A DNA stretch of 64,000 nt from Candidatus Moranbacteria bacterium GW2011_GWE2_35_2- (GCA_000990585.1 LBQD01000003.1:15504-79503), one strand, 5' to 3'. Shown: positions 30,538 through 41,217, counted from the first letter of the stretch. Made by a program: numbers and translations. Notes: generated by a model not told the origin, from the sequence alone.

Positions 30538-31644
30538 ATGAGTATGAGAATTATAAAAAATGAAGACTTGGGATGGGATGATTTTTTTGAATCCAAAAGA
30601 GCCGAAATGGGATTGGGCGATTTTTCTGTTGCCAGAGTTATTGCTGAATATAAGGGTGCGTATAAGGTCAAAAATGAAAACGGTGAATTTTTGGCAAAAA
30701 TTACTGGTAAGCAAATGCTTGAGGCAGAATCCAGGGAAGATTATCCTGCCGTTGGCGATTGGGTTGCTATGTCTGAGCTTGATAATGAACAGGCGGTAAT
30801 CCAGGCGGTTTTACCAAGAAAATCAACAATCAAAAGGAGATTTGGCGACAAAAATAAAAGTGGCGAAAAAAATGATGTCCAAATTATCGCCACGAATGTT
30901 GGCATTGCTTTTATTGTGGAGTCTGTCGGCAGGGATTATAATGTAAACCGTCTTGAAAGATATTTGGTTATTGCCAAAGATGCAAGCATAAAACCTGTCA
31001 TAGTGATCAATAAAACGGACTTGATTTTGGATGAAGAGTCGGATTCCAAATTAGCGGAAATAAAAAACAGACTGGAAGACGTTGATGTGATTTTTACCAG
31101 CGCCGTAAATAATGAAGGCTTGGATAAATTGAAAGCTTATATCCAAAAGGGTGAAACCTGCTGTTTTCTCGGTTCCTCCGGTGTGGGAAAATCATCACTT
31201 ATCAATAAACTGCTAGGAAAAGATGATATCAAGACCGGGGATGTCAGTTCGTATTCAGACAGAGGGAAACACATTACTACAAACAGGGAGATGTATTTTT
31301 TGGAGAGTGGCGGAATCGTGATAGACAATCCGGGAATCAGAGAGGTTGGCATAGCGGATGCTAATGCAGGAATAAATAGCATATTTGATGAAATAGAAAT
31401 TTTCGCCAAAAAATGCAGATATGTCGATTGCACGCATATTCATGAACCGGATTGTGAAGTTTTGAAAGCATTAAAAGGCGGGGCATTGGATGAAGATAAA
31501 TATTCCAATTACATAAATTTAAAAAAAGAAACCGAGTATTTTGAAATGAGCCGGTCAGAAAAAAGAAAAAAAAATCGGGATTTCGGAAAATTTCTCAAGA
31601 GAGCGAAAAAAGATTTTAGTAAATTCGGACATAAAGATTTTTAA
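30538..31644 (+). CDS. rsgA: Ribosome small-subunit-dependent GTPase A (circularly permuted GTPase with a zinc finger)
   Basis: The permuted order G4 (NKTD), G1 (GSSGVGKSS), G3 (DNPG), then [14 protein letters not shown]. Confidence 0.9.
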   Translation: MSMRIIKNEDLGWDDFFESKRAEMGLGDFSVARVIAEYKGAYKVKNENGEFLAKITGKQMLEAESREDYPAVGDWVAMSELDNEQAVIQAVLPRKSTIKRRFGDKNKSGEKNDVQIIATNVGIAFIVESVGRDYNVNRLERYLVIAKDASIKPVIVINKTDLILDEESDSKLAEIKNRLEDVDVIFTSAVNNEGLDKLKAYIQKGETCCFLGSSGVGKSSLINKLLGKDDIKTGDVSSYSDRGKHITTNREMYFLESGGIVIDNPGIREVGIADANAGINSIFDEIEIFAKKCRYVDCTHIHEPDCEVLKALKGGALDEDKYSNYINLKKETEYFEMSRSEKRKKNRDFGKFLKRAKKDFSKFGHKDF

Positions 31645-31976
31645 TTGGCAATGCGTCGCTTTGCTTTTGGGAATAATCACTCCGTTTTGTACTTGCTCGG
31701 CTATTCCGCTATTTCTTGGGTTTCTGGAAGTGGGTGTGCCGCTCGGAATAAATTTTTCATTCTTGGTTGCTTCACCACCGAATCGGAGTGTGGTTTGCGG
31801 TTATGCGGGCAGACTTTTTGGCGGAGTACGCTTCGTTTGATAAATGGTACGTTGTGCCTTTGGCGGTTCTAATTGGAATAATACTATGTTCAATTTGATT
31901 TTATGATATATTTTTCTGTACAAAGGTATTTCTTTTGTGATATAATAAAAATAATATTAAAATTAATTCTAAAAAA

Positions 31977-32669
31977 ATGAAAAAAACAATAATTATCGCA
32001 TTACTTATGATGTTTGGAATTGTTTCTCAGATAAAAGCAGTCGGTGTTAATTCTATGCAAGATGAAAATGGACAAGGACAGGTTAGTTTGCCTGTTGAGG
32101 TGGATGAAAATGGAAATGCTGTTATGACTCAGGAGCAGAATCAAGTGAAAAATGAAAGAGAAAATACTCAAATTCAAACGCAGGAGGAAAATACTATCCA
32201 AACTCGATATGACTCCGTTGATAAAGCACGTATGAATGAATTTAATTCTAAACTATCGGAACAAAGGCGAAGCAAAGTAGCTAATACTGTTCAATCTATG
32301 CTTCAAATAGCCGACCAAGATGGCGGAGTTGGACAGCAGTTGAAGGCTATTGCTCAAAATCAGAATCAAAATCAATTGAAGTTAGAACAAAATGTTGAAA
32401 AGATTCAGATTCGGGGAGGTTTCACTAAGTTTTTTGTAGGACCTGATTATGGTAAAATTAAAGATACTCAAAAAATATTAGAACAAAATAAAGAGCAAAT
32501 TCGCCAGCTAAATCAAATTCGTACCCAACTTTCCAACCAAGGCGACCAGCAGCAATTAACTGAGCAAATCAATATTTTGGAGCAAGTTAATCAGGAAATT
32601 GAGATATTATTGGCGGATGCTCAAGAGGGGTTTAGCTTGTTCGGATGGTTTAATAAGTTGATTTCATAA
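31977..32669 (+). CDS. Secreted Q/N-rich coiled-coil protein
   Basis: Signal peptide MKKTIIIALLMMFGIVSQIKA, then Q/E/N-rich heptads. A rho-independent terminator follows at 32683-32712 (aaaaccgccaaagcaggcggttttttt). Confidence 0.6.
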   Translation: MKKTIIIALLMMFGIVSQIKAVGVNSMQDENGQGQVSLPVEVDENGNAVMTQEQNQVKNERENTQIQTQEENTIQTRYDSVDKARMNEFNSKLSEQRRSKVANTVQSMLQIADQDGGVGQQLKAIAQNQNQNQLKLEQNVEKIQIRGGFTKFFVGPDYGKIKDTQKILEQNKEQIRQLNQIRTQLSNQGDQQQLTEQINILEQVNQEIEILLADAQEGFSLFGWFNKLIS

Positions 32670-32778
32670 AATTTTCATATACTAAAAACCGCCAAAGCAG
32701 GCGGTTTTTTTGTTAACATTAAAGATAAATGAATTGTAATAATTAGTATTATGTTTAAGAATAAGCTATATTTTAAAT

Positions 32779-33954
32779 ATGATAAAAAATAATGAAAAAT
32801 CATCAATCAATGTGATTAAGGAAATTTTTACTATAATAATTATTATTGTAGTTGTATTATTTGCGATTTTTCTTAATTTTTATTTGTATTATAAATATTT
32901 TAACAATGAAAAAGACGGCGAAATAGTGAAAGATGAAATTGAGGTTGAGATTATGGATAAAAAAGATGGTTCTGTTAGAGAAATTTCAGATAGTGAAATA
33001 GAAGAGGATATAATAGAAAATGATGCTGAGCAAGTTGAAATAACTGAAGAAGATATATATTTAGAAGAGCCGGAGGAAGTTGTTGAGGAGTCGCCTATAA
33101 TTCCGATAGATCTTCCCTTGCCTGTTTTCAAAAAGAATAATTCTGATGAGTTAAGAATAGGATTTATTACTGATTTACATGTCGGAAGTAGTGTTGATGG
33201 AATTGGAAATAGATTTTTGAAGTCAGATTTTGTTAATAGGATAAATTATTTCATTGAGAAAATGAATAATAGCTTTGTGCCTAATTTTATTATCACCGGT
33301 GGTGATATTATAGAAGGCACAAAGGTTAGTTCAGATAAGGGAATAGCAGAACTTTCGTTAGTGAAAAAAATTTTTGATAGAACAATATTAAAAAAATATT
33401 GGGTAGTCGGCAACCATGATTTGCGTTCGGTAACCAAAAAACAGTTTATGCAATCGCTGGATATTGATTATGCGAGCAAGACTTTTGAAATAGGAAATTA
33501 CAAAATAATAATTCTGGACAGTAATTTTTCAAAAGACAACGAGGATGTTATTCCCGGGAGTGGTTATACTAGAGGACATATATCAGAAAAACAAATTAAA
33601 TTTCTTGAAAAAGAATTGAAAAATACTGACAAAAGAACGATAATTTTTATGCATCATCCTCCGCTTTGGAGTATTGATGGAAAATCTAATTTTGGGTTTC
33701 CAGATAACGCCAAGGAGTTGCAGGAGATTTTTTCTAAGAACAAAGTATTTGCGGTTTTTGCGGGACATATCGAAGATTTGTTTTTGCAGGAAATTGACGG
33801 AGTCAAATATTTTATTTCCCCTGGAATTTTGAAAAATGAGAAATATCCAGGAGCGTTTTCCGAGATAACAATCAAAAAAGGGAAAATGATTATAGATATG
33901 AGCTATTTGAAAAGCGATGGTAATTATCGCACAATTCGCATAAAAGAAGAATAA
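32779..33954 (+). CDS. Membrane-anchored calcineurin-like metallophosphoesterase
   Basis: N-terminal transmembrane segment, then GFITDLHVG, GGDIIEG, VVGNHD, MHHPP and GH motifs. Confidence 0.8.
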   Translation: MIKNNEKSSINVIKEIFTIIIIIVVVLFAIFLNFYLYYKYFNNEKDGEIVKDEIEVEIMDKKDGSVREISDSEIEEDIIENDAEQVEITEEDIYLEEPEEVVEESPIIPIDLPLPVFKKNNSDELRIGFITDLHVGSSVDGIGNRFLKSDFVNRINYFIEKMNNSFVPNFIITGGDIIEGTKVSSDKGIAELSLVKKIFDRTILKKYWVVGNHDLRSVTKKQFMQSLDIDYASKTFEIGNYKIIILDSNFSKDNEDVIPGSGYTRGHISEKQIKFLEKELKNTDKRTIIFMHHPPLWSIDGKSNFGFPDNAKELQEIFSKNKVFAVFAGHIEDLFLQEIDGVKYFISPGILKNEKYPGAFSEITIKKGKMIIDMSYLKSDGNYRTIRIKEE

Positions 33955-34164
33955 AATTTTCAGATTAAAATATATAGTCAGACAAATTTAATTGTGAATT
34001 TGTATATTAAAGCAGTTATTTCTTAGACTTCATTACGAGTTTATTTTTTGAAAATAAGCATATTTTATTGCTAAATTTGACTAAATGGGATAAATTATAA
34101 AGTAGAATATTAATTAATTACGATAGCTAAAAAGCTAAAAAGCTGAAAGCTACAAGCTAAAAAA

Positions 34165-35616
34165 ATGCGAGAAGATATTTTGCAGACAAAATTGGAAAAA
34201 CTGAATAATTTGAAACAAGCTGGAATAGATGTTTTTCCGGAAAAATCCGAGCGTTCGATGAATAATTTCGAGGCTTTGGATGATTTTGATAAAATCAAAA
34301 AAACGATAATTTTGGTTGGGCGAGTGCGGTCAATGCGCGTGATGGGCGGATCGACGTTTGTTCATATTGAAGATGAGTCGGAAAAAATTCAATTATTTTT
34401 GAATAAGAAAAATATTCCCGAAGGCAAATACAGGTTATTCGTAAAAAATATTGAATTGGGAGATTTTGTCCAAGTAAGCGGAAAACTTTTCAAAACAAAA
34501 AAGGAAGAGAAGAGTTTGGAGGTGCATGATTGGAAAGTTCTGAGCAAAAATATCCGACCGATTCCGACCGAACATTTTGGCATCAAAGATACGGAAGAAC
34601 TTTTGCGAAGGAGATATTTGGATTTGCTTTCTAACGCGGAAACGCGGAAAATTTTTCGCAAGAAGAATATTTTTTGGCAAACTATTCGTAATTTTTTGGT
34701 TAGTGAAGGATTTTTAGAAGTGCAGACTCCGGTCTTGGAACATATTCCCGGGGGAGCGGAGGCTGATCCTTTTGTCACGCATTACAACGCTTTGGATGAG
34801 GATTTATATTTGCGTATTTCTTTGGAACTCCCACTCAAAAGGCTTTTGGTGGGAGGATATGAAAAAGTTTTTGAAATTGGCAGGGTTTTTCGCAATGAAG
34901 GAATGGATCGGGAGCATCTTCAGGAATTTGATCATATGGAATTTTACTGGGCTTATTCGGATTTATCCAAGGGAATGGAATTTTCCGAGAGGCTTTTTAA
35001 GACTATTATTATTAATGTTGTTGGGGGATATGAAACTGAATTTGAAGGTAATAAAATAGATTGGAACAAACCTTTTCCAAGAGTGGACTACTTTGAAGCT
35101 TTCAAAAAAGAGACAGGGTTGGATTTAAATGAAGCGGACTTGTCCGCCGAAGCTTTAAAAGCGAAGGCGGATGAACTGGGAATCAAATATGAGAAAGAAT
35201 ATGGAAAGGGAAGGATGATCGATACGATTTACAAAAAAACTGTTCGCCAAAAAATGATTCAGCCGTGTTTTTTGGTCGGGCATCCGATTGAGGTTTCTCC
35301 TTTGGCAAAAAGCGATCCAAATAATCCGAAAAAGGTTTTGCGGATGCAATTGGTGGCGGGAAAAAGTGAACTTTGCAATGCTTTTTCCGAACTTAATGAT
35401 CCAATTGAACAAAGAAAAAGATTTGAGGATCAGGTAAAACTTCGCGAGGCGGGAGACAAGGAGGCGCAAATGCTGGATGAGGATTTTATTGAGGCGATGG
35501 AATATGGAATGCCCCCGGCCTTCGGTTTCGGTTTCTCCGAACGTCTTTTCGCCTTCCTGATGAACAAATCCGTTCGAGAAACAGTAATCTTTCCACCAGT
35601 GAGGAGTAAGGAATAA
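34165..35616 (+). CDS. lysS: Lysyl-tRNA synthetase, class II
   Basis: N-terminal OB fold, then LYLRISLELPLKRLLVGGYEKVFEIGRVFRNEG (motif 2) and GFGFSERL (motif 3). Confidence 0.9.
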   Translation: MREDILQTKLEKLNNLKQAGIDVFPEKSERSMNNFEALDDFDKIKKTIILVGRVRSMRVMGGSTFVHIEDESEKIQLFLNKKNIPEGKYRLFVKNIELGDFVQVSGKLFKTKKEEKSLEVHDWKVLSKNIRPIPTEHFGIKDTEELLRRRYLDLLSNAETRKIFRKKNIFWQTIRNFLVSEGFLEVQTPVLEHIPGGAEADPFVTHYNALDEDLYLRISLELPLKRLLVGGYEKVFEIGRVFRNEGMDREHLQEFDHMEFYWAYSDLSKGMEFSERLFKTIIINVVGGYETEFEGNKIDWNKPFPRVDYFEAFKKETGLDLNEADLSAEALKAKADELGIKYEKEYGKGRMIDTIYKKTVRQKMIQPCFLVGHPIEVSPLAKSDPNNPKKVLRMQLVAGKSELCNAFSELNDPIEQRKRFEDQVKLREAGDKEAQMLDEDFIEAMEYGMPPAFGFGFSERLFAFLMNKSVRETVIFPPVRSKE

Positions 35617-35622
35617 ATTATT

Positions 35623-36492
35623 ATGAAAAACAAGAATATTGGAGTTTTGATTTATACCTACAATAGAGTGGATGATGCCAGGATAAACATGGAAATTATC
35701 AGAAATGTTTGGCAAAAGGATGTTTTTTTTGATAACGTAAAAATTATCCATTCTTTTAACGGAAAAAAAGAGTGGTATCCCGAAAGATATCTAGAAGATT
35801 ATCTAATAACAACAAAAAATACTTGGCATTTTCAAGGCGCATCAGATTTGATTGATGTTGGTATAAAAAAATTTAAAAATGATGTTGATTATGTAATTAT
35901 CTTAGCTGCTGATACATGGCTTATTAATCCAAATTATTTAAAGGATATTATAAATAAAATGGATAAGGAAGGGCTTCTTTTGACTACTTGCGCTTGGGGA
36001 GTGGCTGAAAAAAATGATATAAAAGATGTTGGTATGGCAGTTGATTTTTTTATTGTTAATTTAAAATGGGCGAGAAAATATAAAATGTTTCCTGTTAATT
36101 ATGGAGAGTTTTATAAAAAATACGGAGAATTGTTTTTGTATAAAAATGGTGGAAATGTAATGCTGGAGAAATTAACGTTGATGCGTTTTATGACAGCGAT
36201 TGCAAGGGAGCAAAAATTTGGCGGTTCAGCTAGAAAAAGAGCTTTTGAGAGAATATTTATTTTAAAAGACAGAGAACCTGTACATTCTCATATTAATGGA
36301 GATGGGAATTGGGAGAGAAAAATGTATTGGCCAGAAATGGGTCTTTTGACACACCATGAAGTGGCACCTAAAAAAGAGATTTTTAAAGAAAATAAAATAA
36401 ATGAGGGCTATAATATTGAAAAATTATTAGAAAGTGATGATTTAGAATATTTTAATAATGGATTCACTAAAGGAAAATATAGTGCTAATTAA
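35623..36492 (+). CDS. Hypothetical protein (289 aa)
   Basis: ORF directly coupled to lysS. No recognisable motif. A nucleotide-sugar transferase-like fold is only a guess. Confidence 0.4.
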   Translation: MKNKNIGVLIYTYNRVDDARINMEIIRNVWQKDVFFDNVKIIHSFNGKKEWYPERYLEDYLITTKNTWHFQGASDLIDVGIKKFKNDVDYVIILAADTWLINPNYLKDIINKMDKEGLLLTTCAWGVAEKNDIKDVGMAVDFFIVNLKWARKYKMFPVNYGEFYKKYGELFLYKNGGNVMLEKLTLMRFMTAIAREQKFGGSARKRAFERIFILKDREPVHSHINGDGNWERKMYWPEMGLLTHHEVAPKKEIFKENKINEGYNIEKLLESDDLEYFNNGFTKGKYSAN

Positions 36493-36638
36493 TTTAAAAT
36501 AATATGGGAATTGTCGTTGAGTTTAATCCGGATTTGGCGCTGAGATACATTACTTGACTTAATGGTGTTTTCGTGTATAATGAGCTGTTGAAGCAGTAGT
36601 TATTTAAAAAATATTGTTAATACATAATAGGTGAACGC

Positions 36639-37004
36639 ATGGATAATGAAAGAAAAGATTTTTCTTTGTTTGGTATGCTTGTATTGGCGTTGGTTATTTT
36701 TTTAGTGATTATCTCTGAAATGTGGGATTTTTTAAGGAGTTTAATGCTCATAAAAATAACTGAATTTGAAAAAACTGAGAAAAAAATCATTTTTAGAAAG
36801 AAGAAAAAGGAATTGTTTGTTCTCGAGAAGTATGACAAGTATGCTGTAGGTTTTGGAAAGAATACGATAACGTTCGAATATTTCGGATGTGCTCTGCAAG
36901 GGGATTGTCATAATTTCAGAATTTCTCAAGAAAATAGAGAAAGACTAAAAAAGATACTTACGCCTTCACATCTTTTGTATGAAGGAGATGCGTATCGTTT
37001 CTAA
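36639..37004 (+). CDS. Hypothetical small membrane-anchored protein
   Basis: Transmembrane segment near the N-terminus. No motif. Confidence 0.35.
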   Translation: MDNERKDFSLFGMLVLALVIFLVIISEMWDFLRSLMLIKITEFEKTEKKIIFRKKKKELFVLEKYDKYAVGFGKNTITFEYFGCALQGDCHNFRISQENRERLKKILTPSHLLYEGDAYRF

Positions 37005-37019
37005 AAAAAGGAGATAAAA

Positions 37020-37241
37020 ATGAAAAAATGTGTGATAGGTTTTCTGTCTTCAGGAATAGCAGCATGCATTTTTATCGTGGTAGCACTTATTTTTGCTATT
37101 TTCAATATGGATAGTGGTGTTGCTACTTGCCTGTGTGGTACTGCGTTTTCGTTTGTAATATGTGTGATGTTTTTCATCAAATTTTATTTGTGTGGACATT
37201 CAATGACAGACATAAAGGAGCTATTATGTGATTGTGAATAA
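37020..37241 (+). CDS. Hypothetical small membrane protein (73 aa), Cys-rich
   Basis: Two transmembrane segments. Confidence 0.3.
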   Translation: MKKCVIGFLSSGIAACIFIVVALIFAIFNMDSGVATCLCGTAFSFVICVMFFIKFYLCGHSMTDIKELLCDCE

Positions 37242-37776
37242 TATTGTGAAAATGTGCGAGGATAAAGCTTGCCAATCAGTTGATTGTCGCGAGCTTTTTT
37301 ATTTGTCAAAATGGGTTATTTGCAGTATTGTTTAAATGTAATATTTTTCTATAAATTATGGGAATTGTCGTTGAATTTAATCCGGATTTAGCGTTGATGG
37401 ATATTTCGGAGCATAAATCCGGAAAAAGGAAAATCCAAGAATGTGTACCGGAGAACCTCAAGGCGGGAGAGGTTTTTGAATTTCTCAAAAAAGGTCAAAG
37501 ATTGTATTGACTCAGTGATAGCGAGTTTTGGAGTGGCGGTCAAATTCCGCTTTGTAAAACCGGAGGCGATGAAAAATTGTCCCGTCCGATTGCCAGCATA
37601 AAAATCCTGGAATCGACCCATTTTTTGGAAAACGGAGAAATTTGGACAAAAGGAAAATATAAAGTCATCGATGTTTTCGATGAAAACGACCCGAAAATAA
37701 ATTTCGAAAGCTTGAAAAGAGTGATATAGTGAAAGCACAAAACATAAAAAACTTAACAAATGAACCTGAAATTTAT

Positions 37777-37807
37777 ATATTACCATATTTCGTAATATGG
37801 TAATAAG
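37777..37807. promoter_or_regulatory. 31-nt palindromic site (ATATTACCATAT-ttcgta-ATATGGTAATAAG), copy 1, upstream of the yerC-like gene
   Basis: 9-bp inverted-repeat arms TTACCATAT/ATATGGTAA with a 6-bp spacer. Identical to 38300-38330. Lies 59 nt upstream of the regulator's ATG. Confidence 0.55.
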
Positions 37808-37865
37808 ATAAATATAGGTGTGAAATATAGGTAAAAATAAAATTATTCTAAATATAAATAAAAAA

Positions 37866-38276
37866 ATGTCCAAGGTTAATCCGTATCAAATTGACAGTAA
37901 AGAAAAATATATCGTTATAAATGATATGTTTGAAGTTATTTCCGGATTAAAAACAAAAAAAGAAATCGTGGACTTTTTTTTGGGTTTATTTACTCCTAGT
38001 GAATCCCTGATGATTGCCAGAAGGATACAAATTGCCAAGATGCTGTTGGATGAAGAAAATTATGAATCAATAAGAAAGAAGCTGGGAGTTGGAAATAATA
38101 ATATCCAGCAAGTTGATCGATGGATTCACAGGGAAGGAAGTGATTATGAAAAAATGATTAAAAATAAGATAGGAAAATTAAAAAATAAAGAAGGGAGTAA
38201 AAAATATTATAACCCTGAAAAAAGCCTATTGGATAAATATCCATATCACAGATTCATTAAAAATTTATTTAATTAG
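37866..38276 (+). CDS. TrpR-like / YerC-YecD family DNA-binding protein
   Basis: FFLGLFTPSESLMIARRIQIAKMLLDEENYESIRKKLGVGNNNIQQVDRW matches the TrpR_YerC/YecD helix-turn-helix core. Confidence 0.7.
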   Translation: MSKVNPYQIDSKEKYIVINDMFEVISGLKTKKEIVDFFLGLFTPSESLMIARRIQIAKMLLDEENYESIRKKLGVGNNNIQQVDRWIHREGSDYEKMIKNKIGKLKNKEGSKKYYNPEKSLLDKYPYHRFIKNLFN

Positions 38277-38299
38277 TCAGATAAATTTTTTCAATATAC

Positions 38300-38330
38300 A
38301 TATTACCATATTTCGTAATATGGTAATAAG
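38300..38330. promoter_or_regulatory. 31-nt palindromic site, copy 2, between the yerC-like gene and the CYTH gene
   Basis: Identical to 37777-37807. Lies 33 nt upstream of the CYTH start codon. Confidence 0.55.
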
Positions 38331-38362
38331 GAAAATTTAGTTATGACGAAACCTTTTAAAAT

Positions 38363-38950
38363 ATGCAAATAGAATATGAGGCGACATTTGCGGATGTTGA
38401 TAAAAATGAAGTTCGGGAAAGATTGGAAAAATCCGGAGCCATTTTGAAGCGGCCGGAATTTTTGCAAAAGCGAATAACTTTTAATTTGCCAAAAGGACAT
38501 GAAATTGAAGGTGGATGGCTACGGGTTCGCGATGAAGGAGATAAGATTACTATGACTCTTAAAGTTGTTGATGGCAATAAAATTCATAATCAAAAAGAGA
38601 CAATCTTAGTAGTTGATAGTTTCGATGAAGCTGTTAATTTTTTGGAAGGTATTGGTTGCAAGAAAAAATCATATCAAGAAACCAAAAGAGAACTTTGGCT
38701 TTTGGATGATGTGGAAATTACGATTGATGAATGGCCGTTTCTCGAACCCTGCGTTGAAGTTGAGGGAAAATCGGAAAAGGCGGTGAAAAATGTTTCTGAA
38801 AAAATCGGATTTGATTATGGGCAAGCTTTGTTTTGTTGTGTGACGACCTTGTATAATATGAAATATGGTACGCCGGAAGAAGTTATCAATAATCAGATTG
38901 CGGAAATAACTTTTGAAGGCGATAATCCGTTTGAAAAATTAAAAATATGA
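38363..38950 (+). CDS. CYTH-domain protein (triphosphate tunnel metalloenzyme)
   Basis: N-terminal EYEATF (the ExExK-like start), WLRVRDEGDKITMTLK, EIEVEV-like acidic strands. Size ~190 aa. Confidence 0.65.
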   Translation: MQIEYEATFADVDKNEVRERLEKSGAILKRPEFLQKRITFNLPKGHEIEGGWLRVRDEGDKITMTLKVVDGNKIHNQKETILVVDSFDEAVNFLEGIGCKKKSYQETKRELWLLDDVEITIDEWPFLEPCVEVEGKSEKAVKNVSEKIGFDYGQALFCCVTTLYNMKYGTPEEVINNQIAEITFEGDNPFEKLKI

Positions 38951-39534
38951 AAAAGGTTATTTTGGCTACAACTTCGCCGTATCGGCAGGAACTTTTCCGT
39001 CTGATCGGAATTGAGTTTGAAGCTATCGGCAGCGATGTTGATGAGAAATTTGACGGGAGGCCGAATGGTCCGGATGAGCTAGTGGAAGAGCTTGCGCGGC
39101 AAAAAGCGCAGGCGGTGGCAGAAAAAGTCAACAAGGGGATTGTTGTCGGTTTTGATTCCGTCGGGTGGTTCGGCGGAAAGATATTGGAAAAACCAAAATC
39201 AAAAGAAGAAGCGATGGAAAGATTAAAGAATCTTTCCGGAAGTTCATTTCAATTTTACACCGGAATTTTTTTAGTTGATGCTGAAAACGGGAGGACTATG
39301 AAATCCGTTGTGAAAACCGATGTAAATATGCGAGATATCGATGAAAAAGAAATTGAAAAATATCTGAGTCAAGACGATAAATTCAGCACTTATGCGCTTG
39401 GGTTTGATCCGCTCGTGCATTACAGCGCGACTTTTGTGAAAAATATTTCCGGCAGTTATAATAATCTGACCCGGGGAATTCCAATTGAATGCGTTGTGGA
39501 GATGCTTAAGAAAATGGGAGTGATAATTGATTGA
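38947..39534 (+). CDS. maf: Maf-like nucleoside triphosphate pyrophosphatase
   Basis: KVILATTSPYRQELFRLIGIEFEAIGSDVDE...GFDSV...KP. Its start overlaps the CYTH stop (ATGA). Confidence 0.85.
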   Translation: MKKVILATTSPYRQELFRLIGIEFEAIGSDVDEKFDGRPNGPDELVEELARQKAQAVAEKVNKGIVVGFDSVGWFGGKILEKPKSKEEAMERLKNLSGSSFQFYTGIFLVDAENGRTMKSVVKTDVNMRDIDEKEIEKYLSQDDKFSTYALGFDPLVHYSATFVKNISGSYNNLTRGIPIECVVEMLKKMGVIID

Positions 39535-39555
39535 TAATAATAAAAAAATAATTTT

Positions 39556-39930
39556 ATGAAAATAGAAATTATCGGGAGTTCCGTTTTTGCAAAACAAATG
39601 GTCAAATATCGCGATAAACTTATTGCGCTTGGACATGAAAATAATCTGCATGAGCATTATGTCGCGCAAGCAAAAGGAGAAATGAAAGATGTGATTGAAA
39701 GAATGAATGTCGAACACGCACAGGTTAAAATTGAAAATGATTATATTAAATACCACTACAATAAAATTGTGGAAAGCGATGCTGTTCTGGTTTTGAATTT
39801 TGATAAAAATGGAGTGAAAAATTATGTAGGCGGAAATACACTTATGGAGTTGGGATTTGCCTATGTGCATAATAAGAAAATTTTTCTGCTTAATCCGATT
39901 CCGGAGATGGCGTACAAGGATGAAATTTAG
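39556..39930 (+). CDS. Hypothetical protein (124 aa)
   Basis: MKIEIIGSS...; no confident motif. A Rossmann-like nucleoside 2-deoxyribosyltransferase-like fold is possible. Confidence 0.4.
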   Translation: MKIEIIGSSVFAKQMVKYRDKLIALGHENNLHEHYVAQAKGEMKDVIERMNVEHAQVKIENDYIKYHYNKIVESDAVLVLNFDKNGVKNYVGGNTLMELGFAYVHNKKIFLLNPIPEMAYKDEI

Positions 39931-40013
39931 GCAGTGCAACCGATTGTTATTGAGGGTGATTTGAATAAAATAAAATGAAGTATTTTTTTAATTCGTTTAA
40001 TGTTTGAAAAAAT

Positions 40014-40610
40014 ATGGATAAAAATAAGATTGAGAAGTTGGAAAAAAAAATAAAAAAGATGCATTTGAATCCGGCGCAGGGGGATTTGAAGGGATTTGAT
40101 TGGGAAATGCGCAAAGAATACCTTTCTGGATTTTGGGAATATCATGTTCAAAAAGTCGTGGAGTACGCGGATAAGCTTGCAAAAAAGTATAATGCTGACG
40201 GAGATATCGCGCATCTCGGCGCGCTTCTTCATGACATCTCACTGGTGGATGATGAAAAAATGCATGATGAGTTGGGCGCGATAAAAGCGAAAAAAATCCT
40301 GCTTGAAGAGGGATTTGACGAAGAAACGGCACAGAAAGTTTCCGATATCGCACTTAAACATAGATGCCAGAAGTTTGTTCCTGAAACTTTGGAAGAAAAA
40401 ATCGTGGCGACGGCGGACACGATGTCACATTTTTTGCCGTCATATTATCTTGGAATCGCTGTGATTGCCAGAGAAGATTATGCAAACGTTGTTGCCAAAA
40501 AAAACATCGAAAAACTAGAACAAAGTTATCGAGAAAAGATATTTTTTGAAGATGAAAGAAAAGAGTTTCAAGGAAAAATCAAAGAATTTCGAAAATGGTT
40601 CGGGAATTAA
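40014..40610 (+). CDS. HD-domain phosphohydrolase
   Basis: H...HD motif (HLGALLHDISLVDD) and a downstream D. Confidence 0.75.
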   Translation: MDKNKIEKLEKKIKKMHLNPAQGDLKGFDWEMRKEYLSGFWEYHVQKVVEYADKLAKKYNADGDIAHLGALLHDISLVDDEKMHDELGAIKAKKILLEEGFDEETAQKVSDIALKHRCQKFVPETLEEKIVATADTMSHFLPSYYLGIAVIAREDYANVVAKKNIEKLEQSYREKIFFEDERKEFQGKIKEFRKWFGN

Positions 40611-40623
40611 TTTTAAATCAGAG

Positions 40624-41217
40624 ATGAAGATTCTAATTGCAACGACAAATGAAAACAAGCTTGACCAGTTTCGAGAAATTTTCAAAATCCATGGGGCTGA
40701 TTTTGAATTATTGTCGCTCCAAGACGTTGAAATTTTCGATGATGTCGAGGAAAATGCTGAAACGCTAATGGAAAATGCGAAAAAGAAAGCGGAGTATTTC
40801 GGAAAAAAGTCCAGTTTGATTTCTTTGTCTGATGACACCGGTCTTTTTGTTGATGCGCTTTCCGGCGCTCCGGGACTTCATTCGAAAAGATGGCACAAAG
40901 GAAGCGATTTTGATCGATGTTTGAAATTGCAGGAAAAATTGAAACATATTCCGGAAAAGGAAAGGACTTGCCGATATATCGGCGCTTTGGCGATTTATAA
41001 TCCTGAAAATGATGAATTTTTTGAATTTGAAAACAAGGCGGAAGGATATATTACGGATGATTTTCGCGGTGAAGCGGATTTTGGATATGACAAAATTTTT
41101 CATTCTTTGCATTTTGGAAAAAATTATGCCCAACTTTCGGAAAAAGAAAAAGCGCAAATCAGCCATCGGGGATTGGGAATAAAAAAATATTTGGACAGTT
41201 TGAAAAAAAATGAATAA
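40624..41217 (+). CDS. rdgB: Non-canonical purine NTP pyrophosphatase (RdgB/Ham1/ITPase family)
   Basis: KILIATTNENKL...SLSDDTGL.VDAL.G.PG..S.R..., FGYD, SHRG. Start chosen at the ATG at 40624; the track ORF starts upstream at 40546. Confidence 0.8.
   Translation: MKILIATTNENKLDQFREIFKIHGADFELLSLQDVEIFDDVEENAETLMENAKKKAEYFGKKSSLISLSDDTGLFVDALSGAPGLHSKRWHKGSDFDRCLKLQEKLKHIPEKERTCRYIGALAIYNPENDEFFEFENKAEGYITDDFRGEADFGYDKIFHSLHFGKNYAQLSEKEKAQISHRGLGIKKYLDSLKKNE

Noticed and set aside
31645-31872. 75-aa ORF immediately after rsgA ([38 protein letters not shown]…)
   Set aside because: It has no RBS-like sequence, an unusual composition, and is not obviously coupled. It could be a small Cys-containing protein, but support is insufficient, so it is left unannotated.
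35155-35751. 198-aa minus-strand ORF overlapping the lysS 3' end
   Set aside because: It lies antisense to the strongly supported lysS motif-3 region. It has no motif and is likely a shadow ORF.
39271-39939. 222-aa ORF on the minus strand
   Set aside because: It overlaps the end of maf and the 39556-39930 gene. The plus-strand genes have clear family signatures, and the minus-strand translation is an I/F/N-rich mirror of AT-rich coding sequence.
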